Positions 1 to 9,284 of a DNA stretch of 28,654 nucleotides are shown here, piece by piece. Numbering within the stretch: position 1 is the first letter of the stretch; the number at the start of each line of letters is the position of its first letter. The DNA lies in IMG/VR virus record IMGVR_UViG_3300006055_000003, positions 1 to 28,654 of that record; one strand, written 5' to 3'. Made by a program: the position numbers and the translations under genes. The DNA comes from a virus (taxonomy: Duplodnaviria; Caudoviricetes). The notes under the pieces are model-generated. The model worked only from the letters and a program-made list of their open reading frames with translations. It was not told the origin of the DNA and searched no databases.

Positions 1-591
1 ATGGCCGGTGCCCCCATTGTTATCCCCCCCGTCGCCGCCGCTATTTATGGTCGTGGCGAACGTGCCGGCGGAGCCGCCGCCATTGCCTCCGGCCCCGTTG
101 GCCGATGAAAGGCCATTGCCGGAAGCATACCCAGCGCCGCCAACGCCTAGCGGACCACCCGCGCCGCCGCCTGAACCGCCGCCTCCTCCTGACTGAGCGC
201 CGCCAGCGCCGCCGTCATGGGTCGTGGTCCCGGTTCCGGCCGTCCCGCCCCCACCCTGACCAGTCGTTGTCGCGCCCCCGCCTCCCTTGGCGACACAAAC
301 AGAGGTGGCGAAGGATGTATCTCCCCCGGTTGAACCATTGGGAAAGGCCAGGATTCCTCCCGCTCCCGCCGCGCCGACGTTGACCGCGATGGTTCCGTGG
401 GCGCTGAGGCCCGTCGTGATCGAGTATTCGCCACCGCCTCCCCCAAAGGCATTCCCAGTGGTGAAGGCGTTTCCATTGTAGCAGCCGCCTCCCCCGCCCG
501 CGATGCACTCGACCTGATAGGTCGCCCAATCGGAAGGGATGTTGACCGTTCCCGCTCCGGTCGTGGTGACGTATTGAGGGCCGGTGGGCAT
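1..591 (-). CDS. Glycine-rich tail/tail-fibre-associated protein (3' end beyond the window)
   Basis: Not in the ORF track. ATG at 591 overlaps the upstream stop (TAATG). Translates MPTGPQYVTTTGAGTVNIPSDWATYQVECIAGGGGG...GGGGGEYS..., open to position 1; VECxGGGGG/GGGGGxY pattern of phage Gly-rich virion proteins. Confidence 0.75.
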   Translation of the reverse strand, partial: MPTGPQYVTTTGAGTVNIPSDWATYQVECIAGGGGGCYNGNAFTTGNAFGGGGGEYSITTGLSAHGTIAVNVGAAGAGGILAFPNGSTGGDTSFATSVCVAKGGGGATTTGQGGGGTAGTGTTTHDGGAGGAQSGGGGGSGGGAGGPLGVGGAGYASGNGLSSANGAGGNGGGSAGTFATTINSGGDGGDNNGGTGH

Positions 592-1514
592 TAGGTCTTG
601 CTCACCGTGAGCGTGATGGTCAGGCGCTGGATGGACGTTACCGATGTAATGCTAAATTGCAGGCAGTCATTGGCGCTGATCGCCGTTGTCCAGCCTGTCA
701 GGGTGCTGTCCTGCGCTTTTTGGGCCGTCGAGATGGTCGGTGGAGCGGATGCGACGATGCTACTAACGGTGGGATAGGCCGAATACGCCCCCTTCTTGAT
801 ATCAACCACCACCGAGCCGGATTGATCGGCTAGCAACGTCGATACCGTGACGGTGCAACCGAATGGCACGAAAAGCTGCCCAGCAACCCCGGTGGGAATG
901 GTTGCTCCGCCCCCATCGACTACGTAGGTGATCGCCGCCGTGTTGGTCTTGTAGGAGCCATCCGCCGAAGCGCCGCCGGAGGTGAAGATTTGGCCCGCCG
1001 TGCCTGCGGCGGAGACCGCCAAGGCCGATGAGCCTTCACCTAGAACGACGCCATGAGCCGTGAATGAAGTCGTGCCGAGCGTTCCAGAGCCCGTGATGGT
1101 CCCACCGCCAAGCGGAACCGACAGGGACACACTAGTAACACCACTCCCCCCTGCATCCTGAAAGCTGGGGTCCGAGCTTGAGCCGTTCGAGACAAGCACC
1201 TGACCCGCCGTCCCGATGACACCATTGACCCCGCTGGCTCCATTACCGATGAGGACCTGGTGAGCGGTAAGGGTTGTTCGTCCGGTTCCGCCATCAGGAA
1301 CGGTCACGGGGATGGTCAGAGCAATCGTGCCAGTCGTGGTGATGGGGTCGGGGGTGGCTGTGATGCCTTCGCCCGCAACGATAGACGTGACGGTTCCGCT
1401 GCCCGGCAGGATATTGGCATCGGCGAACATCGTCCCGGTGCCAATGCGGTCGATCACAAAGGCGTCGGTTGAGACGAGGCTGTTGGCCTGAGGATATTGG
1501 CGAATATCGGGCAT
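591..1514 (-). CDS. Tail fibre-like virion protein
   Basis: G/T/S-rich with repeated GTVTS, GGTG and GTAGQVL fibre-shaft motifs, plus a beta-rich C-terminal domain; lies downstream of the capsid genes. Confidence 0.7.
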   Translation of the reverse strand: MPDIRQYPQANSLVSTDAFVIDRIGTGTMFADANILPGSGTVTSIVAGEGITATPDPITTTGTIALTIPVTVPDGGTGRTTLTAHQVLIGNGASGVNGVIGTAGQVLVSNGSSSDPSFQDAGGSGVTSVSLSVPLGGGTITGSGTLGTTSFTAHGVVLGEGSSALAVSAAGTAGQIFTSGGASADGSYKTNTAAITYVVDGGGATIPTGVAGQLFVPFGCTVTVSTLLADQSGSVVVDIKKGAYSAYPTVSSIVASAPPTISTAQKAQDSTLTGWTTAISANDCLQFSITSVTSIQRLTITLTVSKT

Positions 1515-2029
1515 CAGGGCGTATAGAACGGAGGCTGAGGATCATTCAGATCGGGAACAGGTCCAGGGCTCGGCGGGTGCGTAATGCTAGGCGCGGGAAC
1601 TGGTCCTGTCCGAAGCGTCACGTTATCGGCCACCAAGAGGCGCTTAGGCGTGTCGGCTGGGATCGCGTCCACAATGACCGACTGAGGCGAGATGGCTCCC
1701 AGCGGGCTTCTCTGGCCATTGGGAAGGATAGGATAGGTCCCCACCGTCGTCTTCATACCGCCAGCCACCGGATAGACATACGAATCATCCGTCAGGCGGT
1801 CTGGATTGTCCTGCGGTGGGCGAGCGTCGGTGAAGGGGATACCCTCGGGATAAACTTCAGGTGGAAACATCTGCGGCGGCCTCGGATCATTGCAGGCCCT
1901 ATCCACCTTCAGATTATCCCATCGCGTGAGCATTTGAGAGCGCCGCCAGCGTTGGCCACAAACATCGCAGACGAACCACCCTCCGCCGGGGTACATGTCC
2001 CATTTAAAGAGCGACGATCTCCCAATCAT
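1514..2029 (-). CDS. Phage protein with CxxC motif following the capsid gene
   Basis: CDVCG...WDNLKVDRACNDPRPPQ motif. Start moved to the ATG at 2029 to avoid overlap with the capsid gene. Confidence 0.6.
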   Translation of the reverse strand: MIGRSSLFKWDMYPGGGWFVCDVCGQRWRRSQMLTRWDNLKVDRACNDPRPPQMFPPEVYPEGIPFTDARPPQDNPDRLTDDSYVYPVAGGMKTTVGTYPILPNGQRSPLGAISPQSVIVDAIPADTPKRLLVADNVTLRTGPVPAPSITHPPSPGPVPDLNDPQPPFYTP

Positions 2030-2049
2030 GGCGACGCATGGCCCTATGC

Positions 2050-2973
2050 CTAGAGGCCGGCAGTTCCAAAGACGGCGCGCCAATCGGCGACCGTGGCTAC
2101 AAATCGGGCTGTGGATTTCGCCTTCGAATTTTCTGTGTCAAAGTCCGCGTCCCGCTCTAACTCAGGGTAACGACGCCAGATCGACAGAAGCCCCTTGTCC
2201 TTCGGAATGCCCGTTTTGAGATACCACGCCTGTGTGGTCTCGACGCCGAAGTAGGGGTTGACGATGGCTCCGCCGGGGATGAGCCCCATGTTCTTGATGG
2301 CGTTGATGTCGTTGTTCGCGGTGTTGGTGCGAAGCTGGGAGGCCAGAACGCGCTCAGCGTTGAACATATCGGCGGCCGAAACGACCACTTGATCGGGCTT
2401 CAGATTGATGGCGAGGCCGCGATTGTTCTGGGCGAGATAGACGCGCTTGATCATGTCCTCCAGAGAGGCTTCCGAGAAGTCGGCGTTGGTGGTGGGCAGG
2501 TTGGATTGATTGCCCGATTGCGTGGGGTGGGCGGCGCTGAAGAGCACGACGCCATCGCCGTAGGTCGGGCCGCCAGAGAAGCCGCCGGTGAAGATGCCCG
2601 CGTGGATCAGCTCGATTGTGGTCCGCATGGAAAAGGCGAGGGACTCGGCGCGGCGGGTGGAGACCTCCGCGTAAAGGTTGTCCTCATTCTCTTCCCGCGT
2701 CACCTGATAGCCGAGCGCGATGACGCTGGGGGTTGCCAGGGTGACGTAGCCTTCCGCGTCGGAGTCGTAGGTGACGTTGGAACCTTCCGACTTGCCTTGG
2801 GCAAGCCCAAAGCCGGTCGCTTCCACCAGTCGCTCGGTGGCCAGTTCGCCATCGACCTCATCGAAGAGTTGGGAGAAAATCTCCGGGAACTCGTCGTAGG
2901 TGAGGCCAAAGGCTTGCAGAATGCCCGGCCACAGGAAGTCGGGATGTGCTGAACGGGTGATGACAGCGGCCAT
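2050..2973 (-). CDS. Major capsid protein (Mu gpT-like, HK97 fold)
   Basis: 307 aa; LWPG..FG start, GxAxxKxEG, DGVxLFSxxHP, NNDIN and DWRAVFG motifs; follows scaffold and decoration genes. Confidence 0.85.
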   Translation of the reverse strand: MAAVITRSAHPDFLWPGILQAFGLTYDEFPEIFSQLFDEVDGELATERLVEATGFGLAQGKSEGSNVTYDSDAEGYVTLATPSVIALGYQVTREENEDNLYAEVSTRRAESLAFSMRTTIELIHAGIFTGGFSGGPTYGDGVVLFSAAHPTQSGNQSNLPTTNADFSEASLEDMIKRVYLAQNNRGLAINLKPDQVVVSAADMFNAERVLASQLRTNTANNDINAIKNMGLIPGGAIVNPYFGVETTQAWYLKTGIPKDKGLLSIWRRYPELERDADFDTENSKAKSTARFVATVADWRAVFGTAGL

Positions 2974-2995
2974 GGGAAGGCTCCGTTAGAGGTTG

Positions 2996-3661
2996 CTAGA
3001 TGCCGGTGAGAGCGTTGGTCTCGGTCGAGATGTTGTTGCGGACGACGATCTTTTGAAACTGAGCGAGCGCGGCGTTGTAGGGGTCCACATCGAATCCGAT
3101 GATGTTGACCTGAAAACCCACAGTCGTGGCCGGCGCGGTGTTGGCGTCGAGTTGCCAGCCGGAAAGGCCGCTGGTCGTGCTTCCGGTCCCGGCGACAAGG
3201 CAGGCGTTGAGGCCGATGTTGCTGAGAGGAATGGCGGTGCCGGCCACACCACCGAAGTTGTTGCTGGACTGAACAAGGAATTGCGCCTCGGGGTCGTCGC
3301 AAACGAGGGCGTAATAATCGAGCGCCGTGGTGGCAGGGCGGGAAATCATGCCTCCCGTGCCCCCCAGACCCCACAGGGAAGGCGTCTTGCCGCTCCCGGC
3401 GGTGCATGTACCCAAGAAGCCGACAATGGCCCCCGTGATCCGGTTGGTAGTCCCTCCGGTGGCCAGATCGACGGCCATGATGCCGTTGGTGTCGGCAGCG
3501 GCGTGAATCTTCACCACGGGATCGCCGACGAAAAGGGCGTTGGTTTGAGCCTGCGGGATGAAATATTTCCGCATCCGAAAGGATGTCACAGCCCCATCAA
3601 GGCGCGTGACGACACGAAGGCCGTAGGGAGTGTTCGGATTGATGACAGTCGAGACGGTCAT
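2996..3661 (-). CDS. Capsid decoration / minor head protein
   Basis: NxPYGLR start, LFVGDPV and VCDDPEAQF motifs; directly upstream of the capsid gene. Confidence 0.65.
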   Translation of the reverse strand: MTVSTVINPNTPYGLRVVTRLDGAVTSFRMRKYFIPQAQTNALFVGDPVVKIHAAADTNGIMAVDLATGGTTNRITGAIVGFLGTCTAGSGKTPSLWGLGGTGGMISRPATTALDYYALVCDDPEAQFLVQSSNNFGGVAGTAIPLSNIGLNACLVAGTGSTTSGLSGWQLDANTAPATTVGFQVNIIGFDVDPYNAALAQFQKIVVRNNISTETNALTGI

Positions 3662-3673
3662 TGTCTGGCGTCC

Positions 3674-4387
3674 TTATGCTGGGGGTGAAACCGGTCCACG
3701 CCGGCGCCCTGGAGAGCCAAGAGCGGCTCCTTCGGGAACGTAGAACTGGGATGTGTCGGCCTGGTCGGGGCCAATGGTCTTCACTTCGCCGCCGTCAACC
3801 ACACGGGCGGAAATGTCGGGCGTGTCGCCCTTGAGGACGCGGCGCTTCAAGGCGGCGTCCGAAGCCTCCATCTGGGCTCGGTTGTCCTCTTCCCAGAAAT
3901 CCTTGCGCTTGCGCAGAAGGTAGGAGTAGATCGGATTGCCGTTCTTTTTCTCACCGACGATCATGCGGACGCGCTCGCCGCCTTCCGAATCGCTCTCATC
4001 GTCAGGGTTGAAGCCGTCGATTTCCGACGCATCGACGTAATCGTAGTCGTCCATCTTCGTCACCATGCGGAGACGAGAGGCGTCATCGTTGACCCAGCGG
4101 TAGATGTAGTCGGGGTCAAGCTGCTCGGGGCTGAAAATGTCCAGCTTGTAGGACGCCATCCGATTGAGAGTGCCGGGCTTACGGCGGCGGCGCTCCGAAC
4201 TCGTAACCTCGGCCCGCGTCGGTCTTGCACGGAGTGGTGCTTGCTCTTGGGCCTTGCGCTGGCGCTCTAGAATGCGACCCGTGACCTCGCGCTCATGGCC
4301 CGCGTTGGCGTCGATCTGGCGTTGCTTGGCGGCTTGCGAGGCAGCGGCGCGGCGTTCGGGCGTCCAAGCCTTGGATTTGCCGGTCAT
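3674..4387 (-). CDS. Head-module protein of unknown function
   Basis: DPDYIYRWVND motif; ATG at 4387 overlaps the scaffold stop (TGATG). Confidence 0.6.
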   Translation of the reverse strand: MTGKSKAWTPERRAAASQAAKQRQIDANAGHEREVTGRILERQRKAQEQAPLRARPTRAEVTSSERRRRKPGTLNRMASYKLDIFSPEQLDPDYIYRWVNDDASRLRMVTKMDDYDYVDASEIDGFNPDDESDSEGGERVRMIVGEKKNGNPIYSYLLRKRKDFWEEDNRAQMEASDAALKRRVLKGDTPDISARVVDGGEVKTIGPDQADTSQFYVPEGAALGSPGRRRGPVSPPA

Positions 4388-5271
4388 CAGGCTTTCTCCG
4401 CCCAATAGGCTTTGGCGAGGAAGGAGCGCGATTGCTCTTCCGTCTGTCCCCGTCTCACAGCCTTGCGAACGAACTGGTCCATACTGCCTCTGACTTGCGC
4501 TGGAAGCTCGGCCCAGCCCCGTTCCTTGGTCGTCTTGCCAGTTCCCCCCCTTGATCCTCCTGCCACCATGGGCGGCGCGACCTGGGATAGTCTGGGCTCT
4601 CTCGCGGGCTCGGCTTGCACCTGATGGCCGTTGGAGAAGTATTGAGGAAAAAGCCGCTTGGCCGCTGTTTCAGCAGCCTGAAGGGCTTCAATCGGGGTTG
4701 CGCCTCGCGCTTCCGCCGACTGTATCGCTGCCACCGCGATGGACGTGGCCTCGTCTCTGGGGTCAATCTGCCCGTTGACGAGCCGGAACCAAGGATTACG
4801 CGACATCCAGGCGGCGGTTTCAGGTCTTGGGGCCTGGTGCTGCGCCAATCTAGCGGCGGCGGCTTGGGCCTCTTCCTTGTTTCCGCTGTCCACAGCCACG
4901 TTGAGCTGTTCGCGCGCTTCCCTCTGTCCTCGTTGCCGCGCATCCTCTGCCACGGCGTCGGCCATCTGGGTGGTGCGCCTTAGGCGCTCGCGGCTGTCCT
5001 GTAGAACATCAGGAAGCCGGTCGAGGAAGGTGCGAGCATCCTGCCAATCCTTGATCGGCTTGCCGTCGCGTTCCTTTTCCTCGCTCCAGCCCGCCCGCTT
5101 GGCAAGCGACTGGATGAAGTCCCCATCTTCGACGGGACCTGAACGCAATGTTTGGGCGTTTTCTTCGCCTTCGTCAATAGGGGGTGTTTGAACGCCTGAT
5201 TGATCTTCATCTTCAGGCTTGGGCGCAACGATAGCGGCTTCGCGCGCTTGAATGCGCTGGGGTCTTGGCAT
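4387..5271 (-). CDS. Putative scaffolding protein
   Basis: Acidic N-terminus, helical/coiled-coil middle with WMSRNPWF, basic C-terminus; lies between portal and capsid genes. Confidence 0.6.
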   Translation of the reverse strand: MPRPQRIQAREAAIVAPKPEDEDQSGVQTPPIDEGEENAQTLRSGPVEDGDFIQSLAKRAGWSEEKERDGKPIKDWQDARTFLDRLPDVLQDSRERLRRTTQMADAVAEDARQRGQREAREQLNVAVDSGNKEEAQAAAARLAQHQAPRPETAAWMSRNPWFRLVNGQIDPRDEATSIAVAAIQSAEARGATPIEALQAAETAAKRLFPQYFSNGHQVQAEPAREPRLSQVAPPMVAGGSRGGTGKTTKERGWAELPAQVRGSMDQFVRKAVRRGQTEEQSRSFLAKAYWAEKA

Positions 5272-5273
5272 TG

Positions 5274-5303
5274 GGTCATCCTTTTGTTATCCTTCGGATG
5301 ACC
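5274..5303 (-). promoter_or_regulatory. Hairpin covering the scaffold ribosome-binding site
   Basis: Minus strand GGTCATCC-GAAGGATAACAAAA-GGATGACC, 8-bp perfect stem ending 2 nt before the ATG. Confidence 0.55.
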
Positions 5304-5325
5304 TTGCGGGTCGAGACTTCCTGCG

Positions 5326-5360
5326 CCCCTCGCTGACACCATGCGGCGAGGGGTTTTTTT
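5326..5360 (+). terminator. Intrinsic terminator-like hairpin, antisense to the head operon
   Basis: CCCCTCGC...GCGAGGGG followed by TTTTTTT on the plus strand. Confidence 0.6.
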
Positions 5361-5362
5361 GC

Positions 5363-5806
5363 CTATTTGGCAGCCCTCTCGATAATGGCCCCGCAGTCTT
5401 TGTCCTTGACGATCCGGTAATCCTTGCCGTCACGCCCAACGAACACGCCGCCAGCGTATTTGGCAAACCACACGATATCGCCGACGCCGGGTTTCTGAGC
5501 ATCGTCGGGCCAAGTGTCGTAATTCCACGCAATCGGGCTCATGGCGATGATGCGGCCCATCTGCATCGCCATTTCAAGCCGTTCCTGCGACTCGTCGGGA
5601 AGGTGGATGCTGCCAATCTTATGCGGCCGGATGCTTGGCGCGACGATCACGTTGTATTCCACCGGCTCAAGGCCAGGATTGCAGTCGGCGACCGATGGCG
5701 TCTCGAAAGCGTCCACGTCCGCCACGCTGCCGAAGCTGGCGAGGGGATTACGGGCGCGGACAGGTCCGGTTCCAATACCTCTGGACAGCGATTGAGGTTC
5801 AGCCAT
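5363..5806 (-). CDS. groES: GroES/Cpn10-like co-chaperonin
   Basis: LEPVEYNVIV...GSIHLPD...GRIIAM...VGDIVWFAKYAG...DGKDYRIVKDKDCGAII matches the GroES pattern. Start moved to the ATG at 5806. Confidence 0.85.
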   Translation of the reverse strand: MAEPQSLSRGIGTGPVRARNPLASFGSVADVDAFETPSVADCNPGLEPVEYNVIVAPSIRPHKIGSIHLPDESQERLEMAMQMGRIIAMSPIAWNYDTWPDDAQKPGVGDIVWFAKYAGGVFVGRDGKDYRIVKDKDCGAIIERAAK

Positions 5807-6179
5807 TATCTTTGCTCCAAATGAAAGCGCCTCGCATGAAAAACCGATGGCGCGTGGTGTCACTCTCAAAAGCGCGCTCGCTTTCCCAAGTCGGCTCAAC
5901 GCGCCATATAAGGGTGTCAGCGCCTTTCCCGGCCGGGAGCGTTTCAGCTAGAGCCCGCTCTTCGATAGAGGCTCGCGCAGCCCCTGTGAGTGCGCCCGTG
6001 ACGATCGAATATCGAAGCTGCTCCCTGCTATCAGGATTTGGCCAGACGAAATTAAAGGCTCTGGGAATGGGTTCGTCGCTCGCGGGGCCTTTATCAAGCT
6101 CATAAGAGATTGCCGCCATATCCGCGACGTGAACGGTGCGCCCCGCCTCCATGAGCCCCTTTACACTATCCATTGCCAA
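5799..6179 (-). CDS. Hypothetical protein (LxWRxxP...MRxxF motif)
   Basis: Overlapping start/stop coupling within the operon; resembles 6528..6863. Confidence 0.55.
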   Translation of the reverse strand: MAMDSVKGLMEAGRTVHVADMAAISYELDKGPASDEPIPRAFNFVWPNPDSREQLRYSIVTGALTGAARASIEERALAETLPAGKGADTLIWRVEPTWESERAFESDTTRHRFFMRGAFIWSKDNG

Positions 6180-6528
6180 TCTCCTTCAAAGCGATTGTGT
6201 GGGCTTCCGGGTCAACATTCCTGAGGTGATCCAACCAATCGGCCTCTATGAAGGCGAGGAACGTCTCGGAGGCTTTGCGGAGGACTGCCAATTCAGTCTC
6301 ATCGGCCTTCCCGCTATACCATGTTGCCTTGACCCAGGCGCTCTTAGCCTCTTCAGCCATCTTGGCGTGAGAAGCGGCGACCCAGCGGGTTACGGCATCA
6401 CGGCACCAGACCTCAAACTCTTCCTGCGTGGGGTTGCCGGCGCGTGGATCGGCGGGGCGCGGGGTTTTGGCGTGAACGGCAGGAATGCGCGCTCGGTATG
6501 CCATCTCCTGAATGCTTTTGCGCGCCAT
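6166..6528 (-). CDS. Hypothetical protein
   Basis: TAATG coupling to the upstream gene; EFEVWCRDAVTRW motif. Confidence 0.6.
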   Translation of the reverse strand: MARKSIQEMAYRARIPAVHAKTPRPADPRAGNPTQEEFEVWCRDAVTRWVAASHAKMAEEAKSAWVKATWYSGKADETELAVLRKASETFLAFIEADWLDHLRNVDPEAHTIALKEIGNG

Positions 6529-6863
6529 TAGACGGCCTCAAAACAAAGACGCATCCAAAGCCCTTCTTTTTCATCAAAAGGTTTGGCTCGCCAACTCAGC
6601 CGAACGGGGCCATCAATGGCCAGCCGGAGAGACGCCGCCGTCCCAAATGAGTCCTGACACATGCGCTCCATGGTGTTAGGGAGACTTCTAGGTGCGCCCT
6701 CTTCCTTAAGGAAGCCGTTGCAGATCGTGCGGTGAGGGGTGCCGCTCGGAGTTTTTGCTGTGTCGCTCTCGACAACATCTTTTGCGAGCGCCTCAATCCT
6801 AAATGCCAATTCCCTAAGCAGCGGCGAGGGGGCTTGGCGTGGGTCCAGGGGTACTCGGGCCAT
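6528..6863 (-). CDS. Hypothetical protein (LxWRxxP...MRxxF motif)
   Basis: GAAGGA RBS; start lies within the portal 3' end; resembles 5799..6179. Confidence 0.55.
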   Translation of the reverse strand: MARVPLDPRQAPSPLLRELAFRIEALAKDVVESDTAKTPSGTPHRTICNGFLKEEGAPRSLPNTMERMCQDSFGTAASLRLAIDGPVRLSWRAKPFDEKEGLWMRLCFEAV

Positions 6864-9063
6864 TGGTTTTTCCTTCGGAGGCTTCGGATGGGGCTTCTTG
6901 GGGCTCGCCGGGCACGTTCATGCCCTCGGTCCCCACACGGTGGGCTTCCTGATGCAGTTTATGGGTCTGGACGCCGATATTGCCCATGACTTCCACGGTC
7001 TCGGCTCGAGTGAGGTTGGATTGGGCCTCGTCCTGCACCGATAGCGCGCCGGTATGTTGCGCCTGGGCATTCTTGAGGGCCGCCGATGCCGCCAATTCCT
7101 GAACCTTGGCGACCAATTCAGGGTTGGGAGGGACCGTAGCCATAAATTGCTCTGGCCGGTCATATTCAAGGGCCTCCAAGAACATGGTGGCTAGAGCCTG
7201 AGCTGGCCCCGCCTGCGTCATGCCGGCGGCCATGCCGAGGGGGCTTTCCGCGAACTGGATCGTGGCCTGCATCCGGCTGATCTTCTGCATCTTGGTGACG
7301 ACGGATGGGTCTGCGATGGGTTGAATGTCTGTTCCGTCGCCTGAGAAGTCCTGGTCGAAGTCACCGCCGGTCAGCTCGGTGTATTGGTGCCGGATTTCGT
7401 CCGTCGCCCACCGCTTGAGGCAGTGATACATGAGGCGGAACTCGTCTCGGAACCCGCGATAGAGGCGCTTGTAGATGGCGCTGAAGACCTGAAGAGCCTG
7501 GTTTTGGAGAGCCAGAGTCGTGCCCACCGGAGCCGTCGATGGCGCGTCTCCGCTGATAACGTCCTTGACGGAGGATATGTCCTTAGCAGCCGCCAACAGC
7601 ATCTCAAGCATCTGCATCGTGACGGGTGAGGGGCTGGGGACGGTGAACTCAAATAGCGCCTGCCGAAGATCACTGCCTCCCGTTGAAACCGTCTGCCACT
7701 CGCCCGGCTGTTTGTAGACCGTGCCTGATTGGCCGGAGCCTTGGAGCCTTACGTTGGCCCCAATAAATCCACCGCCAGCAATCTCAGCTGATCCCGCGTC
7801 AATGAGTTGATTAATCCCCGTGTCAACTGAGGCGGTGATAGCATCAAGGAGGCGAGCCAATCCGAGGCCGTAAAATCTGCCTCTTGGGTCGGGGAGAAAG
7901 AGGAATAGGGCGAATGGAACCCATCTCTCGATCCTGACGGCATTCGTCTTCTCCTTGTTCAACACCACGTCATCCATGGTGTAGGCCGCTTCGATGCGGA
8001 GCGTCTGCTTGGTCTCCACGTCCACAGTCACGATGTAAGGCTCGGCAACGCCGTCGTGGTCCAAATCCTCCAAGCGGTGCTGCTCGATGAAAACCCGTGG
8101 CTCCTCGGGGTCTTCAGCCTCCGTCACGATGTCGATATCGCGGTATTGACCCATCATGCGGCGCTGGGCGATCTCGTAGGGGTAGATGTCGAAGTCCTGC
8201 GTGATGCGAGGGCAGCGTGAGAGGCTCTTGGTGTCGTTGTGGACCGTCAGCCTAAGGGCAGATACGTAGTCGCTGGCGAGCCCGTCAGGCCCCATGTAGG
8301 GCTTCTTGAAGCCCACACCGGTCACAGGGCATTCCATGAGCAGGAGGTCTGTCTCGCCCTCCCAGTTGTCCATCTTGTAGAAGATGGTCCAGTTCATGAA
8401 GTGGGCGACACGCTGGGCTCGTGCGGCCTTGGCCTTCGCCAACATGTCAGCGTGGGCGGCGGCCTCTTGCTGCTGCATGGCCTGGGCTTGCATCGCTTGC
8501 GCCTGCTGCGGATTCTGAGGCGGGGGCGTGTCCTGCTGTTCGTCCTTGGTCGTGGGCTGTAGGGCCGGCGGATCGAATGTCTTGACGCCGACAACCTTGT
8601 CGCCCTTGATCAATTCTGGCGTGGCGCGAGCGTTGAATTGCGTGACGGCGGTCGTTAGGAGCGGATAGTGAATGTCCGCCGAGCCTTCCCAGACCCCATC
8701 GCGCCTGAAGTCCTCATCGTCATCGGTCTCTTGAACCGCGAGGGCTAGGCCGCGCTCGGCGGTGGCGATCCAGGTGGAGCGACTAGCCTTATCAATTTCC
8801 CATTCTCGAACCGCATCCAGTCCGATGGTATCGACGACTCCCGGAGCGAGGAGCGAACTAATATCTCCGCCGGCCGCTGCAATCCGATGCAGGAAGACGA
8901 GGCCGTCTGGTAGAGGCGGCGTTTCCGAAGTTGCGCCTTCAGGATCGCCTTGACCTTCTGAGGCGTCATTGACCGATGCTCCAGGGTTGCGGGTGTCGAT
9001 GTGGGCTTGAGGGCCATCGACGGGGTAGACCTGTCTCACACGAGTTTGAGCACCGCGAGGCAT
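6814..9063 (-). CDS. Portal protein (P22-like)
   Basis: 749 aa following terL; W.GSADIHYPLL..A..QFNARA..EL, FYGLGLARLL, INQLIDAG, APVGTTLAL and FSAIYKRLY motifs; helical C-terminal region. Confidence 0.85.
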   Translation of the reverse strand: MPRGAQTRVRQVYPVDGPQAHIDTRNPGASVNDASEGQGDPEGATSETPPLPDGLVFLHRIAAAGGDISSLLAPGVVDTIGLDAVREWEIDKASRSTWIATAERGLALAVQETDDDEDFRRDGVWEGSADIHYPLLTTAVTQFNARATPELIKGDKVVGVKTFDPPALQPTTKDEQQDTPPPQNPQQAQAMQAQAMQQQEAAAHADMLAKAKAARAQRVAHFMNWTIFYKMDNWEGETDLLLMECPVTGVGFKKPYMGPDGLASDYVSALRLTVHNDTKSLSRCPRITQDFDIYPYEIAQRRMMGQYRDIDIVTEAEDPEEPRVFIEQHRLEDLDHDGVAEPYIVTVDVETKQTLRIEAAYTMDDVVLNKEKTNAVRIERWVPFALFLFLPDPRGRFYGLGLARLLDAITASVDTGINQLIDAGSAEIAGGGFIGANVRLQGSGQSGTVYKQPGEWQTVSTGGSDLRQALFEFTVPSPSPVTMQMLEMLLAAAKDISSVKDVISGDAPSTAPVGTTLALQNQALQVFSAIYKRLYRGFRDEFRLMYHCLKRWATDEIRHQYTELTGGDFDQDFSGDGTDIQPIADPSVVTKMQKISRMQATIQFAESPLGMAAGMTQAGPAQALATMFLEALEYDRPEQFMATVPPNPELVAKVQELAASAALKNAQAQHTGALSVQDEAQSNLTRAETVEVMGNIGVQTHKLHQEAHRVGTEGMNVPGEPQEAPSEASEGKTNGPSTPGPTPSPLAAA

Positions 9064-9284
9064 TAGCGTTGGATGGTCTCGGCGTTCGGCGCGCTAAGAG
9101 AGCGCGCTTCGTTCATGCGAGCCTTGCCCAAGACGCCCCGCAATTCTCCGATAAACTGTTCCGCCTCTACACGGGACATTATTAGGTTGAAGCATTCTCC
9201 ATCTTTATCCGACATGGAGGCAATGATATCTGCCCCATGAGCCTCTACGGATAGCTCGGCGTGGGAAAACTGAAGCTCGCTCAA
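9063..9284 (-). CDS. Small hypothetical protein between terL and portal
   Basis: Coupled by overlaps at both ends. Confidence 0.5.
   Translation of the reverse strand: MSELQFSHAELSVEAHGADIIASMSDKDGECFNLIMSRVEAEQFIGELRGVLGKARMNEARSLSAPNAETIQR

Noticed and set aside
8-594. Pro-rich and Arg-rich ORFs listed in the track
   Set aside because: They are shadow frames of the Gly-rich minus-strand gene 1..591.
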